Assembly (NCBI GenBank): GCA_963827235.1
Contig: CAWHAE010000012.1
Span: 256,001 to 320,000, forward strand
DNA: 64,000 nt
Reading direction: 5' to 3'
Source of the DNA: an uncultured bacterium
GTDB taxonomy: Bacteria > Chloroflexota > UBA5177 > JANWHV01
The position numbers and the translations under genes were made by a program. Below, in pieces: positions 60,483-64,000 of the stretch. A model generated the notes under the pieces. It ran no database searches, was not told the DNA's origin, and saw only the letters and a list, made by a program, of their open reading frames with translations. The stretch's first letter is position 1; every line of letters begins with the position of its first letter.

Positions 60483-61817
60483 CTATTCATACCGCAAGGC
60501 TTGAATCGGATCGAGTGCTGCGGCCCGGCTGGCAGGGTAACTGCCGAAGAACAGGCCGATCGCCAGCGAGACGCCGAACGCCAGTATCACCGAGTTCGGG
60601 CTGATCACCGGCGCCGAGTTTCCGAACGCCGTGGACAAGCTCTTGATGTTGTTGAACATCCAGGCCACGAGAAAGCTGATGCCCACGCCGATCGCGCCGC
60701 CCGTCCCGGCTATGAGAATGGATTCGACGAGGAACTGGGACAGGATGTCGATCTTCCTCGCGCCGACGGCCTTGCGCAGGCCGATTTCCCGCGTTCGCTC
60801 GGTCACGGTCACGAGCATGATGTTCATGATCCCGATGCCGCCCACCAGAAGCGAACAGGCCGATACACCGGCCAGCAGGGTGGTCAGCGTCCCGGATACG
60901 TCGGCTGCCGTCTGCTGGATCGACGTCTGATTGAACTCGCTGAAGTCATCACTCTGAGAGGGCAGGAGGTGGTGGAGGTTGCGCAGCATTGTTTCGGCTT
61001 CCGACCATGCCTGATCCGTCGAATTCTGCTGTGTTGCTTCGAGATCGATCGAGGAGAGAGAGCCCACTGCGGACGAGTGCGGCAACACGTATTCGGCCGT
61101 GGTGAGGGGCACGTAGACGGTGTCGTCCTGGTTGCGGCCCCCTCCGCCGCCTTTGGAGACCATTGTGCCGATCACGGTGAACGGAACGCCGCTCAACGTG
61201 ATGGTCGAGCCGACCACGCTGGACGCGTCGAGGCCCAGATCGGTAACCACCGTGGCGCCCAGGTCCACGACCTGCGCCTGCTGCATCAGATCCTGGGTGG
61301 TGACGAAGCGGCCGGCCTCTACCTGCGAGTTGCGCACCGTCAGGTACTCCGGCGAGACGCCGTCGGCCGACGTATAGGTGTTATCGGCGCCTGCCACGAT
61401 CTGCACGTTGACGTTGAACTCCGGTGCCACCATGGCCACGTCGGGCAAGGATCCGCCTGAGCCCAGGTTGTCTGCCAGCGTCTGCGCATCGGACACGCTC
61501 AGGGTGCTGGCCGAGCCAGCTCCTCCGCGCACACCGCCCGAGAATGTGGCGCCCGGCTCAATCTGCACCAGGTTGGTTCCCAGCGCGCTGAGCTGCGCGT
61601 TGACGCGGGTAGCCGAGCCGTTTCCGATGCCGACGGCCACGATGACCGACCCGACGCCGATGATCACACCGAGGAGCGTGAGCACGGTCCGTGCCTTGTT
61701 CGTCAGGATACCCGTCGTGGCGATGCTCAGCGTCGACGCGGCCTGTGCGATAACCGAGATGCGCGGCACCGAAGCTGCGATCCTGCCTGTTTGCGGTGTC
61801 GGCAATGCTGGACTCAT
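60483..61817 (-). CDS. MacB/FtsX-like ABC permease
   Basis: LTLLGVIIGV, GGIGIMNIMLVTVTERTREIGLRKAVGA, PASRAAALDPIQALRYE. Confidence 0.94.
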   Translation of the reverse strand: MSPALPTPQTGRIAASVPRISVIAQAASTLSIATTGILTNKARTVLTLLGVIIGVGSVIVAVGIGNGSATRVNAQLSALGTNLVQIEPGATFSGGVRGGAGSASTLSVSDAQTLADNLGSGGSLPDVAMVAPEFNVNVQIVAGADNTYTSADGVSPEYLTVRNSQVEAGRFVTTQDLMQQAQVVDLGATVVTDLGLDASSVVGSTITLSGVPFTVIGTMVSKGGGGGRNQDDTVYVPLTTAEYVLPHSSAVGSLSSIDLEATQQNSTDQAWSEAETMLRNLHHLLPSQSDDFSEFNQTSIQQTAADVSGTLTTLLAGVSACSLLVGGIGIMNIMLVTVTERTREIGLRKAVGARKIDILSQFLVESILIAGTGGAIGVGISFLVAWMFNNIKSLSTAFGNSAPVISPNSVILAFGVSLAIGLFFGSYPASRAAALDPIQALRYE

Positions 61818-62656
61818 GCAGAACCCTCCTGATCCAGATCAAGACGAGGTTGCGTCTGGCCTGCTTCGGGTCCGCTCGCCGCCGCCGCGACACTCGTCCC
61901 CGCGCCTTCGGCCGCCGCGTCGTGTGGCAGCGCAGCCAGGTCGGGCATGCGAGGAGCGTCCGCCGGCTTGCTGTCGTGCACCACGTGACCGTCGCGCATC
62001 CGTATGACACGTTGGGCGTACTCCGCGATGTCGCTCTCATGCGTCACCAGCACGACGGTAAGTCCGCGCAGGTTGAGAGTCTGAAAGAGCGACATCACTT
62101 CGGCGCTGACCTGCGAGTCCAGGTTGCCGGTCGGCTCGTCGGCAAGGATGAGCGCCGGGTCGGTGACCAGTGCCCTGGCCACGGCCACGCGCTGTTGCTG
62201 GCCGCCCGAGAGCTGGCTGGGATGGTGGTCGAGCCTGGCGCCGAGGCCGACCCGCTCGAGCGCTGACTTGGCGCGCTCGGCCCGCTCGCGGGCCGGCACA
62301 CCGGAGTAAATGAGTGGCAGCTCGACGTTCTTGAGCGCGCTGGTGCGCCTGAGCAGGTTGAACGACTGGAACACGAAGCCAATCGTACGGTTGCGCATGA
62401 GCGCCTGCTCGTCGTCGCTGAGCGTGGCAACCTCTCTGCCGGCCAGGAAATACTGGCCGGAGGTCGGGCGGTCCAGGCAGCCCAGGATGTTCATCATCGT
62501 GGACTTACCGCTGCCGGAGGCGCCCATGATTGCCACGAACTCCCCCTGCGAGATGTGGACGTTGACCCCTCGCAGGGCGTGCACCTGCTGGTCGCCCATG
62601 GTGTACGTCTTGGTGATCTGCTGCATCTCGATGAGCGATGCCGGTTGAGTGACCAT
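61814..62656 (-). CDS. MacB/LolD-like ABC ATP-binding protein
   Basis: [33 protein letters not shown]. Confidence 0.95.
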   Translation of the reverse strand: MVTQPASLIEMQQITKTYTMGDQQVHALRGVNVHISQGEFVAIMGASGSGKSTMMNILGCLDRPTSGQYFLAGREVATLSDDEQALMRNRTIGFVFQSFNLLRRTSALKNVELPLIYSGVPARERAERAKSALERVGLGARLDHHPSQLSGGQQQRVAVARALVTDPALILADEPTGNLDSQVSAEVMSLFQTLNLRGLTVVLVTHESDIAEYAQRVIRMRDGHVVHDSKPADAPRMPDLAALPHDAAAEGAGTSVAAAASGPEAGQTQPRLDLDQEGSA

Positions 62657-64000
62657 TAGCCGCCAATCCTTACGCCGCCGAAGCCGCCGCCGAAACCGCC
62701 GCCGAAACCGCCTCGCGCACCGGCACCGGTCGTAGACGTGGTGGAGGTGCTGCCCGCGGCCGGCACGACGATGCGCTGGCCAACACTCAGGCCGCTGACA
62801 ATCTGTGTGTAGGTGCTGTCACTGACGCCCGTCTGCACCAGCGCGATCACCTCATTGTTGTGCGCATCCAACGTGCGCACGAAGTTCCTGCTGCCGATGC
62901 TGACGATGGCCTGCGTGGGCACCTCGATCGCGTTGGACACCTGCGCGGTGATAATGGTCAGGTTCGCGTTCATGCCCGACGTGATGCCCTGCAGGTTCCC
63001 GGTCAGCGAGACCTTGATCGGGTAGGTGGTGACGTTCGAGGTGGTGGTCGCCACGGTAGGCAGGCTGTTGACGACGCCAACCAGCGTTCTGGTCGGGAAG
63101 GCATCGAAGACCATCGCCACCGGATCGCCGAGCTGGACGCTGCCGATCTGGGCTTCAGGGATGTTCGCGGTGACTACCAAGCCGGCGGAATCGGCCATCT
63201 GAATATCGGCGCTGGTGCTGCTGGAACTGCTGCTCAGGCTGGCCGTGGACTGGCCGGGGGACATGTTCACCACTTGCACGACACCGTTGCTGGGCGCCAC
63301 GATTTCGGTTTCACTGGTGAACAGCGCCTGGTCCTCCTTGAGGGTCTGCTGGGCCTCGCTGACGCTGGCCTGCGAGATGGCAATGTCCTGGGTTGTATAG
63401 GCATGGAGGGTGAGCTGCAAGGCGGCCTGGGCGCTCTTCACCGCGTCTTCCTGCTGGGCGATATCCTGCGGCGTGTTGGGCTGGATGGCCGCGTCGAGGG
63501 CTGCCTGCGCACTGACCAGCGAATCCTGGGCCTGCTGGATATCGGTGGGGGCGCCGGGATGCTGGGCCGTGGCGAGGGCCTGCTGGGCCGAGGTCACGGT
63601 ATCGCGGGCCTGCTGGATATCGGACGCCGTGTTGGGTTGCTCGGCGGCGGTCAGCGCTGCCTGAGCGCTCTGCACGGCGAGCTTCTGCTGCGCGATGTCG
63701 GCGGCGGTGTTGGGCTGCTCGGCGGCCGCCAGGGCCGCCTTGGCGCTGGTCACCGCATCCTGCGCCTGCTGGATGTCCGCGGCCGTATTGGGCTGCAGGG
63801 CGCTCTGGTAGGCCGCCTGGGCGCTCTTGACGGCCTGTTCCTGGGTGGCGATGTCCGTGGCCGAATTGGGCTGCTCGGCGGCTGCCAATGCCGCCTGGGC
63901 GCTCTTGACGGCCTGCTCCTGGGTGGCGATGTCCGTGGCCGAATTGGGCTGCTCGGCGGCTGCCAATGCCGCCTGGGCGCTCTTGACGGCCTGCTCCTGG
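62656..64000 (-). CDS. MacA/HlyD-like membrane-fusion adaptor with expanded coiled-coil repeats (5' end beyond window)
   Basis: IVAPSNGVV, IPEAQIGSVQLG, GMNANLTII, VPTQAI, VQTG, IVSGLSVGQRIV; frame stays open to the window end. Confidence 0.9.
   Translation of the reverse strand, partial: QEQAVKSAQAALAAAEQPNSATDIATQEQAVKSAQAALAAAEQPNSATDIATQEQAVKSAQAAYQSALQPNTAADIQQAQDAVTSAKAALAAAEQPNTAADIAQQKLAVQSAQAALTAAEQPNTASDIQQARDTVTSAQQALATAQHPGAPTDIQQAQDSLVSAQAALDAAIQPNTPQDIAQQEDAVKSAQAALQLTLHAYTTQDIAISQASVSEAQQTLKEDQALFTSETEIVAPSNGVVQVVNMSPGQSTASLSSSSSSTSADIQMADSAGLVVTANIPEAQIGSVQLGDPVAMVFDAFPTRTLVGVVNSLPTVATTTSNVTTYPIKVSLTGNLQGITSGMNANLTIITAQVSNAIEVPTQAIVSIGSRNFVRTLDAHNNEVIALVQTGVSDSTYTQIVSGLSVGQRIVVPAAGSTSTTSTTGAGARGGFGGGFGGGFGGVRIGG
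63340..64000 (-). repeat. 78-bp (26-aa) tandem repeats, QPNxAxDIxQxxxAVxSAQAALxAA
   Basis: At least 8 units; the outermost ones (63840-64000) are nearly identical at DNA level. Confidence 0.9.

Noticed and set aside
333-61460. Many long antisense or alternate-frame ORFs (for example 972..2168, 9770..10933, 31385..32791, 60210..61460)
   Set aside because: They are shadow ORFs typical of high-GC DNA, overlap well-supported genes, and are Arg/Pro/Ala-rich without motifs.
63340-64000. 78-bp periodicity resembling a CRISPR unit length
   Set aside because: The whole unit is repeated and encodes coiled-coil sequence; there are no spacers.

Overview
A high-GC bacterial chromosomal segment with no rRNA, tRNA, CRISPR array or intact transposase that I can detect. 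Gene content suggests a flagellated soil Chloroflexota-like monoderm: a DUF6788-BTAD-STAND fusion, DUF929, DUF5666/MacAB-like ABC without TolC, 'YFAEGYTG' surface proteins and a sigma28-driven chemoreceptor. This taxonomy is inference. The region is accessory: many secreted or surface proteins (CAP, papain plus lectin-like propeller, TolB/IPT, Gly-rich beta-helix, a Tat-exported algal-type vanadium haloperoxidase), two large STAND ATPase-TPR regulators, an HTH-fused PAS/GAF histidine kinase, a gnd-zwf pair, an MCP, hsp20, a MacAB-like operon and many decayed gene fragments. Several long genes carry single-base indels that may be sequencing errors. The most notable unexplained structure is a repeated cassette, secreted gene <- CTTGTGTAAGG-N10/12-CCTTACACAAG palindrome -> STAND/TPR regulator, at 48118 and 53869. 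Related TACACAAG half-sites lie upstream of a small 'LVRIW' protein and a 1189-aa surface protein.
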